This document shows, piece by piece, positions 45,404 to 54,422 of a stretch of 54,536 bases of DNA. The DNA comes from Spirochaetales bacterium (GTDB lineage Bacteria > Spirochaetota > Spirochaetia > PWKH01). The DNA lies in assembly GCA_021736605.1 (NCBI GenBank), contig JAIPFQ010000001.1, positions 1 through 54,536 of the forward strand. The letters run 5' to 3'. The notes under the pieces are model-generated. The model ran no database searches and was not told the origin of the DNA. It saw nothing but the letters and a program-made list of their open reading frames with translations. Each line of letters begins with the position of its first letter. The first letter of the stretch is position 1. The translations under genes were made by a program, and so were the position numbers.

Positions 45404-45491
45404 CAATTACGTATTGATTAATAATATTCAGTAAATTCATGCAAAAGCAGATAGAAACTGAAACTGCAGCGAATCCAATAGCTTATTATTT

Positions 45492-46775
45492 CTATTTCAT
45501 TAACAAATTAGGTAGAAACATGGAGATCTCAGGAATAAATGTTATCAGCATCAAAGCTGCTGCCATAACTAATATAAAAGGAATAATTGATCGAGATATT
45601 CTTTCAAATGAAACTCCGGAAATCTGACAGGAGACAAAGAGATTAGCACCTAGAGGAGGTGTAACAAAGCCAATTGCCAAATTTATAACCATGATGATTC
45701 CAAATTGTACAGGACTCATACCTAAAGCTGTTACAATTGGCAGGAGGATGGGTGTTAAGATGATAACAGCAGCTAAAGTCTCCATGAATGTTCCGACAGC
45801 AAGGAGTAATAAATTAATAAGAATAAAAATTATATATTTATTACTTGAAACACCGACAATAAAGTTAGCAATTAATTCAGGAATTCGTTCAAGTGTTAAA
45901 ATTCTGCCGAAACCTGCCGATGTTCCAATGATTACAAGAACCGTTGCAGTAATTAATCCGGAACGAAGGATAACATCCGGAAGTTCAACCAGCTTAATTT
46001 CTTTGTATACAAAAACTCCTATTATATAGCCGTAAATAACTGCTGCAGCAGCCGCTTCAGTTGGGGTGAAAATACCGCCGTAAATACCTCCAAGTATGAT
46101 TACCGGAACCAATAAAGACCATTTAGCTTCGTTTATGACTGATAGTTTCTCCTTTAAGCTGTATCTTTTATCCTCGCCTTTATAATCATTTTTCTTTGAG
46201 ATGATATATGAATAAATCATTAGGGATATTCCGACTAGTATCCCAGGTAAAATACCAGCTAGAAATATTGCAGTTATCGAAACTCCTGCAGTTACTCCAT
46301 AAATTACCATTGTTATGCTTGGGGGAATCATAGCTCCAATACTACCTGATGAGGCAATTAATGCTGACGAAAACCCTTTATCATAGTTTTTTTTAGTCAT
46401 TTCTGGAATAACCATAGTACCTATAGCTGCTACAGTTGCCGATCCTGTACCGGAGATTGCCGCAAAAAACATACAGGCAACAACGGTAACTAAAGCCAAA
46501 CCTCCTGTATGATGACCAAAAAATACGTCTGCTACCTTAAGCAGTCGTTTAGAAATACCCCCTTTTCCCATGAGATCCCCGGCTAGTATAAAAAAAACTG
46601 CAGCCATAAGGGGGAAAGAATCCATTGCTGTTGTTAGTCCCTGTGCGAAGAAAGTTATATCAACAATACCGCTGTAAAATATTGTACCCATAACAGCAAG
46701 TCCCAGGGATATGCCGATAGGGACGCTTAACATAGAAAATAGGATAAATCCTCCAAATAATATTACTGATGTCAT
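45492..46775 (-). CDS. dctM: TRAP transporter large permease subunit
   Basis: 427 aa, polytopic, DctM-like. Its start overlaps the dctQ stop (TAATG). Confidence 0.88.
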   Translation of the reverse strand: MTSVILFGGFILFSMLSVPIGISLGLAVMGTIFYSGIVDITFFAQGLTTAMDSFPLMAAVFFILAGDLMGKGGISKRLLKVADVFFGHHTGGLALVTVVACMFFAAISGTGSATVAAIGTMVIPEMTKKNYDKGFSSALIASSGSIGAMIPPSITMVIYGVTAGVSITAIFLAGILPGILVGISLMIYSYIISKKNDYKGEDKRYSLKEKLSVINEAKWSLLVPVIILGGIYGGIFTPTEAAAAAVIYGYIIGVFVYKEIKLVELPDVILRSGLITATVLVIIGTSAGFGRILTLERIPELIANFIVGVSSNKYIIFILINLLLLAVGTFMETLAAVIILTPILLPIVTALGMSPVQFGIIMVINLAIGFVTPPLGANLFVSCQISGVSFERISRSIIPFILVMAAALMLITFIPEISMFLPNLLMK

Positions 46776-47335
46776 TATTTATCCTCCCCTGAGTTTCCGA
46801 CGGCGGGTATAGTATTTTTTATTCCATGCATTGGTCTATGATTAAATGTTTCAAATGGTGAAGAAAAGTTTCGTATTTTATAAACTAGATTCTGTATGAG
46901 TCTGATTGATACAAGCGTGAAGCCTATTGGCACTGCAGAGTAGACAACTGACATAGAAATCTCTGTTGAAGCTGTTATCTGTCCTAATCTCGCAATTAGC
47001 TGAGCGACCTCAGTGCTTTGAAGTGTAATGATAACTGCAAAAATTAGAAACAGAATATCAGAAATCAGCATAAGAGTTTTTCTCACGCGTAGACTGAATA
47101 AATTTGTAAATACAAGTATTCGAATATGTCTTCCTTTCCGAACGCCGTAGCTTATACCAAAATACATGAGATAGATGAACATATATCGTGAAACTTCTTC
47201 AGACCAAGCTAATGAGTTTTTCGCTACATAGCGCATAAATACTTGTATACCAATAATAATACTCATGGAAAATAAAAGCGGAACCATGAAGATTGATTCA
47301 AAGTAATCATCTAGCCATGTTAAAATTTTTTTCAT
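46775..47335 (-). CDS. dctQ: TRAP transporter small permease subunit
   Basis: 186 aa with 4 TM helices, positioned between dctP and dctM. Confidence 0.8.
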   Translation of the reverse strand: MKKILTWLDDYFESIFMVPLLFSMSIIIGIQVFMRYVAKNSLAWSEEVSRYMFIYLMYFGISYGVRKGRHIRILVFTNLFSLRVRKTLMLISDILFLIFAVIITLQSTEVAQLIARLGQITASTEISMSVVYSAVPIGFTLVSIRLIQNLVYKIRNFSSPFETFNHRPMHGIKNTIPAVGNSGEDK

Positions 47336-47432
47336 AATAATGATCCTTTTGATTTACATAAAACACAAGCTGGGAGAAACACGCTTGTTTCTCCCATTCA
47401 ATAAAATAACTCGGTTTTTCAATTATTACGTA

Positions 47433-48440
47433 TTATCTGTTTTTTTCAACTTCATCAAGAAAAATTGTAAACATATCTTCGCCCGCTTTTTCTTTTACCA
47501 GACTTTGAGATGTACTCATTAAATTTCTGAACTCTGCCTTTGCTTCCGGACTAACTTCTGTTATTGTATTTCCTGCCTTTCTAACAACTTCCAAGCCCTC
47601 TTTCTCTAATTCTTCAGCAGCGTTTCTTTGGTAAGTACTTGTCTCTTCTAATGCCTGATCAACAAGTGTTCTATGTGATTCAGACAAGCCATCGTAGAAT
47701 TCTTTATTCATAATTACTACATAAGGGCTGTATTTATGTCCTGTAAGACTAATAAATGGCTGTACTTCATAAAATTTCATTTTTTCAATATTTTCCATTG
47801 TACATTCCTGGCCATCAAGTACTTTCTGCTGAAGTGCAGTAAATAGTTCTCCCCAAGCCATTGGAGTGGGACCGGCATTTACTGATTTCCATGCAGCAAT
47901 TTGAACTGGATTTTCGGGGACGCGCATTTTTATTCCAGTCATATCTTCTGGAGTCTGAACTGATCTTTTGCTGTTGGTTAGATGGCGGAAACCATTTTCC
48001 CAATATCCTAAACCAGCAATATTTTTTGAACTTAAAGCGTTAAGCATTTTATCTCCAGCAGTTCCATCTAAAACTTTATAAACATGCTCTCTTGAATCAA
48101 ACATAAAGAAAGAATCGAGTACAAAGAACTCTTTAGCAAAGGTAGCTAAATTGGTAGCTGAAACAGCTGTCATGGTAACATTTCCAAGCTGTAGGGACTC
48201 AGTAAGCTCTCTGTCCCCTCCAAGCTGTCCATTGGAATAAATTTCTACTAATATTTCTCCATTTGAGCTTTCTTCTATAAGTTCTTTAAATTTTGTAAAA
48301 CCAAGTCCCAGGCTTGTCTCTTCTGGGAGTCCATGTCCAGCTTTAATTGTTATTGGACCTCCATTCTCATCATTTCCCTGTGCAAAGACCATTCCAGTTA
48401 AAATTGTAAAACAAATTGCTAAAAATAGAACCTTCTTCAT
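47433..48440 (-). CDS. dctP: TRAP transporter substrate-binding protein (DctP family)
   Basis: 335 aa. The signal peptide is MKKVLFLAICFTILTGMVFAQG. The DctP-type block WENGFRHLTNSKR contains the carboxylate-binding Arg position. A GGAG RBS is present. Confidence 0.85.
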   Translation of the reverse strand: MKKVLFLAICFTILTGMVFAQGNDENGGPITIKAGHGLPEETSLGLGFTKFKELIEESSNGEILVEIYSNGQLGGDRELTESLQLGNVTMTAVSATNLATFAKEFFVLDSFFMFDSREHVYKVLDGTAGDKMLNALSSKNIAGLGYWENGFRHLTNSKRSVQTPEDMTGIKMRVPENPVQIAAWKSVNAGPTPMAWGELFTALQQKVLDGQECTMENIEKMKFYEVQPFISLTGHKYSPYVVIMNKEFYDGLSESHRTLVDQALEETSTYQRNAAEELEKEGLEVVRKAGNTITEVSPEAKAEFRNLMSTSQSLVKEKAGEDMFTIFLDEVEKNR

Positions 48441-48473
48441 TTTTTTCTCCTTTTAAAATTTATTAGAAATTAT

Positions 48474-48515
48474 GACAACGTATTCATTAATAAAAGATGA
48501 TTTATCATTTGTCAA
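48474..48515 (-). promoter_or_regulatory. Promoter P2 plus operator O2 for dctPQM
   Basis: The minus strand reads TTGACA (48515-48510), then 17 nt, then TATTAA (48492-48487), then 1 nt, then GAATACGTTGTC (48485-48474). It lies about 34 nt before the dctP ATG. Confidence 0.6.
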
Positions 48516-48707
48516 GAAGAATTTTTATGTGAATTTTATGTGAAACTGATATCAGATGGAACGGAAAATATAAAAATATACTGTATAACAAAATATATTT
48601 TTGCTATTATTCTTATTCAAGCAATATATTAAGTAAATAATTACATAAGCATAAAGAAGTAAATTTCCGAAATTTTTATTTCAGTAATATTTTTTAAAAG
48701 ATAGTTG

Positions 48708-48751
48708 TAGACAACCTGGTTTTTTTGGTTTATAGTAGAGACTACGTAATC
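48708..48751 (+). promoter_or_regulatory. Promoter P3 plus operator O3 for the Ldh_2-led operon
   Basis: TAGACA (48708-13), then 17 nt, then TATAGT (48731-36), then 3 nt, then GACTACGTAATC (48740-48751). Confidence 0.6.
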
Positions 48752-48839
48752 ATTTTAGGTTTCTGGAATTTTTTCTTATAATAAAACGTAACGTATTGTG
48801 CAAGCCGTAAAAAGGGTAAGAAAGGGGAGTAACTAATTT

Positions 48840-49922
48840 ATGAATACAAAAGCAAGCTATATTACTGCTGATAATTTAATGTCTTATAGTAAAAACTTGT
48901 ATGCTAAGACTGGGATGAGTGATGCGGATGCTGAGATTTGTGCAGAATGTACCGTAAAGACAAATTTATGGGGTGTTGATTCTCATGGTATTCTTCGAAC
49001 TCCCGTCTACTTGGAACGTATATTAAATGGAGCGGTTAAGCCTAGACCTGAAATACAGGAGATTGAAAATAATAAAAAGCTGCATAGCCCCGTATCTCTT
49101 CTTGACGGGGATAAAGGGCTTGGATATGTGGTTGCTGAAAAAGCAATGGAAGCAGCTGTAAAAAAAGCTGAAAGCTTTGGTCTTGGTTTTGTATTAGTAA
49201 AAAACAGCAATCACTTTGGTGCTGCATCACTTTTTTCTCGAAAAGCTGCAGAAAAAGGGTTAATAGGTATTACGGCAACAAATGTAATGCCGAATATCGG
49301 TATGCCGGGAGGTAAACTGCCTGTTACAGGGAATAATCCTATTGCTTTGGCAGCACCAATTGGTCAGCCTTATCCTTTTTCACTGGATATTTCTATGAGT
49401 GCTGTTTCTGGAGGGAAGATTCTCTTAGCTCAGAAAAAAGGTGAAAAAATTCCGAAAAACTGGGCAGTAGATAAAAATGGGAATCCAACTGATGATCCCT
49501 TTGAGGGTTTTGCAGGTATTCTCCTTCCTGTCGGAATGCATAAAGGGCTTGGACTATCTCTCTTTATTGACATTATTACAGGGGTTTTATCGAGCGGCCC
49601 CTTTTTACAGAATTTAAAGAGTATGTATAAACATGCTGAAGAAACTAGTGAAACTTCACACGTGTTCATAGTTATCGATCCCACTTTATTTCAATCAAGG
49701 GAAACTTATGAAAAGCGAATACATGAGTGGGTTCGAATGATAAAAGCAACTCCAATGACAGATCCGGAGGCAGAACAAATAATTCCTGGTGAAATAGAGT
49801 ATAAGATAGAGAAAAGCAGGAGGGATAATGGAATACCTATACCTGCTGAATTAATAACGGATTTATCTTCAATTGAAAGTCGATTAGGAAGTGACGTACA
49901 TATTGCTGATTTATTGAATTAA
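48840..49922 (+). CDS. Ldh_2 family (malate/L-lactate/sulfolactate/diketogulonate-type) NAD(P)H oxidoreductase
   Basis: 360 aa. GVDSHGILR, NSNHFGAA, TGNNPIA and ISMSAVSGGKI blocks are typical of the Ldh_2 family. Confidence 0.8.
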   Translation: MNTKASYITADNLMSYSKNLYAKTGMSDADAEICAECTVKTNLWGVDSHGILRTPVYLERILNGAVKPRPEIQEIENNKKLHSPVSLLDGDKGLGYVVAEKAMEAAVKKAESFGLGFVLVKNSNHFGAASLFSRKAAEKGLIGITATNVMPNIGMPGGKLPVTGNNPIALAAPIGQPYPFSLDISMSAVSGGKILLAQKKGEKIPKNWAVDKNGNPTDDPFEGFAGILLPVGMHKGLGLSLFIDIITGVLSSGPFLQNLKSMYKHAEETSETSHVFIVIDPTLFQSRETYEKRIHEWVRMIKATPMTDPEAEQIIPGEIEYKIEKSRRDNGIPIPAELITDLSSIESRLGSDVHIADLLN

Positions 49923-49963
49923 ATGAAGGAAATTACTAAAAAACATTTTATAAGAGGTACTAT

Positions 49964-50878
49964 ATGAAAAAGCAGAAAGATTTTATTTTAAATCAGAGAG
50001 ATTCAGTTTGGTTTCAGGAAAACAGTGCTCATGTTGTCTGTGAGTATGCGAAAAATGTTTGCGATGTAGCAATATTGCCTATTGGAGCAATAGAGCAGCA
50101 TGCAGCCCATGCACCAACAGGTATGGATACTTTCAATGCATTAGGCATTGCAGAAAAAGTAGCTGAAAAAACTGGAGCAATGATTCTCCCCTGTCCCATG
50201 TACGGATCGCATCCTCACCACCATTGGGGTATGCCTGGCACTATCCCCTTAACCTACGAAACACATATTGGACTGCTGATGGATATCATTCGCGGGGCTT
50301 CTGTTTCAGGATATAACAAATTCCTTATCATCTCTGCTCATGGGCAAGTTTCTTCAACTATAGTAGCTACTCACAAATTGGGAATAGAGGGATTATTTAC
50401 CATCTCTTCAACCTGGTATGACTTTTTACGAGATAATAAAGATGTTCTGAAGGATTATATGTGGCATGCGGATGAAGCAGAAACTTCTGTTGGACTATAT
50501 TTGTATCCTCAATGGATTAAAATGGATCTAGCTGAAGCTGGCGGAGGAACTCCTTTACTTGATTCATCGTGGAAAATCGCCCCTGGACAAGCAGCGGAAC
50601 CAGGTATGCTGTATCATTTTGAAGGAACTTTTGCCCTGCCGGAAAAGGATGACTTGGAAAATGGAGTAATCGGAGATCCGACTCAAGCAACAAGAGAAAA
50701 AGGTGAGAAGTGTGTTGAAAGAGTGGTAGGATACTATTCAAAATTGGTAAATGAGATAACAGCTAAATATCCCTGCGGAATTAACCCCCTGGGTTTTAGA
50801 AATCCCGGTGGTTATGCAGCTTCTGCAGAAATTGCCTATGATAAAGATCATGATGAAAAAGGGCAGTTGAAGAAATAG
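49964..50878 (+). CDS. Creatininase-fold (creatinine amidohydrolase family) metal hydrolase
   Basis: 304 aa. AILPIGAIEQHAAHAPTGMD, ISAHGQ and HADEAETS blocks are present. It is longer than classical ~260-aa creatininases. Confidence 0.7.
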   Translation: MKKQKDFILNQRDSVWFQENSAHVVCEYAKNVCDVAILPIGAIEQHAAHAPTGMDTFNALGIAEKVAEKTGAMILPCPMYGSHPHHHWGMPGTIPLTYETHIGLLMDIIRGASVSGYNKFLIISAHGQVSSTIVATHKLGIEGLFTISSTWYDFLRDNKDVLKDYMWHADEAETSVGLYLYPQWIKMDLAEAGGGTPLLDSSWKIAPGQAAEPGMLYHFEGTFALPEKDDLENGVIGDPTQATREKGEKCVERVVGYYSKLVNEITAKYPCGINPLGFRNPGGYAASAEIAYDKDHDEKGQLKK

Positions 50879-50931
50879 ATACGGCTTTGAATCTTTTCAG
50901 TAAAAAGAGATTTTAAAAATTGTAAATTTTT

Positions 50932-50968
50932 GTGTGCATGGAACGAATTAAATTTTCTCCATGCGCAC
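50932..50968 (+). other. Intra-operon stem-loop (11-bp stem, 15-nt loop)
   Basis: GTGTGCATGGA (50932-42) pairs with TCCATGCGCAC (50958-68), with one G-U pair. It lies between the creatininase-fold and SDR genes. There is no U-tract. Confidence 0.4.
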
Positions 50969-51026
50969 AAAATGTCATCAAAAGTTTAAGAAATGCATTA
51001 AATAAGATAATTAAAGGATAATGTTC

Positions 51027-51860
51027 ATGAAGCTGAAAGGTAAAGTTGCAGTCATAACTGGCGGCACAAAAGGAATTGGTTTGGGAATAGCTGCAGAATT
51101 TATCAAAGAAGGTGCTTCTGTAGTAATTGGAGGAAGAAACCAGCAGACAGGTTCAGAAGGTTTGGCCTTTCTGAAAAAGTTAGGGGGAGAGGCGGCTTTT
51201 GTCCCATGTGATGTAGCCAAAGTAGAAGAGCTGGACAATATAATTGAAAAAGCAGTTGAAAAGTTCGGTAAGTTGGATATCTATGTAGCAAATGCAGGTA
51301 TAAATGATCCCGAGAAGACCCGCTATTTGGATATAACTGAAGAGCAATATGATCGGATAATGGATGTAAATCTTCGGGGAATGTTTTTTGGCGGGCAGCG
51401 GGCTGCTCGACAAATGGTGAAACAAGGCAGCGGTGGAGCGATTATAAATATGTCTTCCGTAAATGCCTACTTAGCATTGAATTCGCAGATGGTGTATACC
51501 ACCTCTAAAGGCGGGATACAGCAGTTGACAAAAGTGCAGGCGGTTGCTTTGGCAGAGCATGGTATTAAGGTGAATGCTTTAGCTCCGGGGCCTATTGAAA
51601 CAGATTTAATGCGAAGAGTTGGTTCCGACAAAGAACTTATGGATACTATTCTCTCTCGAACTCCTATAGGCAGAATTGGAACAACCCAAGAATGCGGTCG
51701 ACTTGCTGTCTTTTTAGCAAGTGAAGATTCAAATTTTATTTTTGGGCAATCAATTTATAACGATGGGGGCAGAGGATTTCAGGCTTTTCCAAATCCAGGA
51801 TACAAAACAATTACAGATGAAGATTATCAATTATTAATGGAAATGAAAAAGGAGTCATAG
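51027..51860 (+). CDS. SDR family oxidoreductase
   Basis: LKGKVAVITGGTKGIG is the TGxxxGxG motif, and NAG and YTTSK (YxxxK) are present. ATG 51027 is preferred over 51021 because of the spacing to the AAAGGA RBS. Confidence 0.85.
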   Translation: MKLKGKVAVITGGTKGIGLGIAAEFIKEGASVVIGGRNQQTGSEGLAFLKKLGGEAAFVPCDVAKVEELDNIIEKAVEKFGKLDIYVANAGINDPEKTRYLDITEEQYDRIMDVNLRGMFFGGQRAARQMVKQGSGGAIINMSSVNAYLALNSQMVYTTSKGGIQQLTKVQAVALAEHGIKVNALAPGPIETDLMRRVGSDKELMDTILSRTPIGRIGTTQECGRLAVFLASEDSNFIFGQSIYNDGGRGFQAFPNPGYKTITDEDYQLLMEMKKES

Positions 51861-51863
51861 ATT

Positions 51864-53285
51864 ATGGATTATCCGAAAGTAGGATTTGTTACATTTGGTG
51901 ATCATCGAGCACCTGAATGGAATAAAGTTTTTAAGAATCTTACTATTCCAAGACATGTCAAAGCTGTAGAAGAGTTAGAAAAACTCCCAATCAGGCTAAT
52001 ATCCTTTACTGAACCTGCAAGATCCAGAGAGGAAATAAACAGTCAAATTGATTCATTAAGAAATGAACGTGTCGATATTTTCATTGCACATACACCTTGC
52101 TGGACATCACCGAATTTAGTAGTTCATGGTGTACAGAGAATGAATCTTTTTACCATCATGCTTGGTAATAGAGATATGGGAACACATGGTTGTGTAGGCC
52201 TTTTTGGAGCTTCAGGCGCTCTTGCGCAAATTGATATTCCCCATAAAAGAGTTCGACTTAATTATGATCATAAAGAATATCAGAAAAAATTACTCCCTCT
52301 GATTCGAGCAGCTTCAGTAAAAACAAAGCTTGCTGGTTCAGTTTTGGGATATTTCGGTGGTAGATCTATTGGAATTGATACGGCTACTTTTGATCCGATG
52401 GGATGGAAAAAGCAATTTGGTATTGATGCTGAACATATTGATCAGCTTGAAATAATACGTGTTGCGGAAAAAATTGAACAAGAAAGAATTGATCGTATGA
52501 GGATGTGGTTAGAATCAAATGCAAAAGATGTGCTCTACAATGACGGTAAAATGACAAAGGAAAAATTTGATTTTCAAATTGCATGCTACCTTGCAACAAA
52601 AGATTTATGCGGAGAACATCATTTAGATTTTACTGCTGTAAAATGTATGCCTGAATTATCTAACAACTATGTTCCCCAATGTATGACAGCTGCATTCCTT
52701 CCTAATAATTTTGATGGAGATGAAGGAGCTAAAGATGCTACCGTGATGGCTTGTGAAGCAGATGCCGATGGTGCATTAACTCAACAGATATTAAAAATTA
52801 TTTCAGGAGGGATGCCGACCTTCTTTGCCGATGTAAGCCATATAGATGATGAAAGAAAAACAATTTATTGTGTAAATTGCGGCGCCATGTGCGCCTGGTA
52901 TGCAGGAAGAGAAGAAGAAGCTGAAAAAAATCTTAAAAATATAACAATCAAACAATCAATACGTCCTGGCGGCGGAGGAATCACTAGTTTTTTTGCATCT
53001 GAAGGACCTATGCAATTGGCAAGACTGTATAGGGTAGACGGTAAATACAGAATGGCAATTATCCCTTGTAAAGCGATAAATCCGGAAAAAGAAGTTATTA
53101 ATGAATTTATTGAAGCAAGAGGTCCGCATCAGTTACCAACATTATTTGCAAAGGTTGAATTTGATCTTGACGGTTTTATTGAAGAGTATGGATCTAACCA
53201 TATTTCCGGGGTAGCCGGCTTATACGAGGAAGAGCTTGTAGAAGTTTGTAAGATGCTTGATATTGAGCCTGTTGTGTTCAAGTAG
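51864..53285 (+). CDS. L-fucose/L-arabinose isomerase-like family protein
   Basis: 473 aa. MACEADADGALTQQILKIISG...FADV and an overall FucI/AraA-like C-terminal domain pattern are present. It starts 4 nt after the SDR stop. Confidence 0.6.
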   Translation: MDYPKVGFVTFGDHRAPEWNKVFKNLTIPRHVKAVEELEKLPIRLISFTEPARSREEINSQIDSLRNERVDIFIAHTPCWTSPNLVVHGVQRMNLFTIMLGNRDMGTHGCVGLFGASGALAQIDIPHKRVRLNYDHKEYQKKLLPLIRAASVKTKLAGSVLGYFGGRSIGIDTATFDPMGWKKQFGIDAEHIDQLEIIRVAEKIEQERIDRMRMWLESNAKDVLYNDGKMTKEKFDFQIACYLATKDLCGEHHLDFTAVKCMPELSNNYVPQCMTAAFLPNNFDGDEGAKDATVMACEADADGALTQQILKIISGGMPTFFADVSHIDDERKTIYCVNCGAMCAWYAGREEEAEKNLKNITIKQSIRPGGGGITSFFASEGPMQLARLYRVDGKYRMAIIPCKAINPEKEVINEFIEARGPHQLPTLFAKVEFDLDGFIEEYGSNHISGVAGLYEEELVEVCKMLDIEPVVFK

Positions 53286-53391
53286 TGCCGGTATTAGAAG
53301 AATAGATGGTGCAAATGAATGAATAGAAGAGAAGTTTTAAAAAGACAATGAATCATGAAGAGTACGGTAAAGTGCTTGTCAATCATGGTAA

Positions 53392-53570
53392 ACAGGTTGG
53401 ATTAATAAAGAGTTGTATACAGATTATATGAAAGAAGCAGGTGAATATGTACAGCTTGTTTACTTAACTGATGATTTCGGTAGTCAAAATTCTTTGCTCC
53501 TTTCACCGGATATCTGGAATGAGTTTCTGAAGCCCTATGAAGCTGGACTTATCCAGCATAAAAAATATTA
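53392..53570 (+). pseudogene. Relic of a URO-D family gene (central fragment only)
   Basis: Hand translation gives TGWINKELYTDYMKEAGEYVQLVYLTDDFGSQNSLLLSPDIWNEFLKPYEAGLIQHKKY*. It aligns in pattern with residues IETQIRFMKAQEKILGSLHHIFLADDLSAFLSEEMYRDIILPGYHRLFEQ of the intact URO-D-family gene at 44172. Stops lie immediately upstream in this frame, and another short piece (MNHEEYGKVLVNHGKQVG) sits in a different frame at 53349. Confidence 0.55.
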
Positions 53571-53604
53571 AAAAGTTAAATTAGAGACTATTTGGAGATG
53601 AGAT

Positions 53605-54390
53605 ATGGAATTAACTAACACTAATCCAGTTAAGCAGTCCCTTAGGGACGGAAAGAGAGTTTGTGCAGCCTGGGCTCAGGCTGCAAGTAATATAACTGCA
53701 GAAGTTCTTGCTGATGCAGGTTTTGATATTGTTATGGTTGATATGGAGCATGGTCCTGGGGATATCCTTACCCTCATTAGTCAAATACAAGCGATGAAAG
53801 GGAATGCTGCTGTTCCTTTTGTAAGAGCCCCGTGGAATGATTTCGTCATGATTAAGAAAATTCTTGATGCTGGAGCTTTTGGGCTGCTTGTTCCCTATGT
53901 AAATAATCTTGAACAGGCAAAAGCTGCTGTTAAAGCAGTAAAATATCCAACTCAGGGTATTCGCGGTGTTTCAGGAAGCCCAAGGGGACCCCATTTTGGG
54001 AATAAATCGCTTGATTACATGAAAAAGGCTAATGAAGAAATATTTTTAATGACGGCGATTGAAACCCCTGAAGCAGTGGCAAACATTGATGAACTTCTTT
54101 CTGTTGATGAGATTGATGGAATATTTATCGGTCCAATGGATTTAGCAACAAGCATGGGCCATTTTGGCAACCCTTCTCATCCTGATGTGAAAAAAACAAT
54201 TGAGAAGATCGAAAATAAAGTCATTTCCAGCAATAAAATCTTAGCAACTGTAGGCGGGACATGGGACCAGGCAATAGAAAAGTATGAAAAAGGTTATCAA
54301 ATTTTAATGCTTATGTCTGATACCACTAGCCTTAGTTCTTTTGCAAGAAAATTGACTGAAAATTTTTTCAAACAATTCCCTGACAGATAG
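53605..54390 (+). CDS. HpcH/HpaI family (class II, 2-keto-3-deoxy-acid) aldolase
   Basis: 261 aa. VMVDMEHGPG, VRAPWND, GLLVPYVN and IGPMDLA blocks are typical of HpcH/HpaI/YfaU-type aldolases. Confidence 0.8.
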   Translation: MELTNTNPVKQSLRDGKRVCAAWAQAASNITAEVLADAGFDIVMVDMEHGPGDILTLISQIQAMKGNAAVPFVRAPWNDFVMIKKILDAGAFGLLVPYVNNLEQAKAAVKAVKYPTQGIRGVSGSPRGPHFGNKSLDYMKKANEEIFLMTAIETPEAVANIDELLSVDEIDGIFIGPMDLATSMGHFGNPSHPDVKKTIEKIENKVISSNKILATVGGTWDQAIEKYEKGYQILMLMSDTTSLSSFARKLTENFFKQFPDR

Positions 54391-54422
54391 GAAAAAAAGA
54401 ACGAAAGAGACAGGAGGAATAT

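Noticed and set aside
45405-45416. Additional TACGTA-core sites: AATTACGTATTG (45405-16), TATTACGTATTA (47424-35) and CGTAACGTATTG (48787-98)
   Set aside because: They share only the palindromic core or one half-site (8/12 or fewer matches to GACWACGTAWTC). They are not positioned next to a -10 box. TACGTA alone is expected by chance several times in 54 kb. They are not counted as operators, although 48787-98, in the leader of the Ldh_2 operon, could be an auxiliary half-site.
45215-45421. 68-aa ORF after the URO-D-family gene
   Set aside because: The GTG start overlaps the upstream stop with no RBS. The ORF reads through the terminator stem-loop and has no recognisable features. The region is kept only as a low-interest non-coding observation.
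47340-47522. 60-aa plus-strand ORF in the dctQ-dctP spacer
   Set aside because: It is antisense to the TRAP operon, AT-rich and low-complexity, and overlaps the 3' end of dctP.
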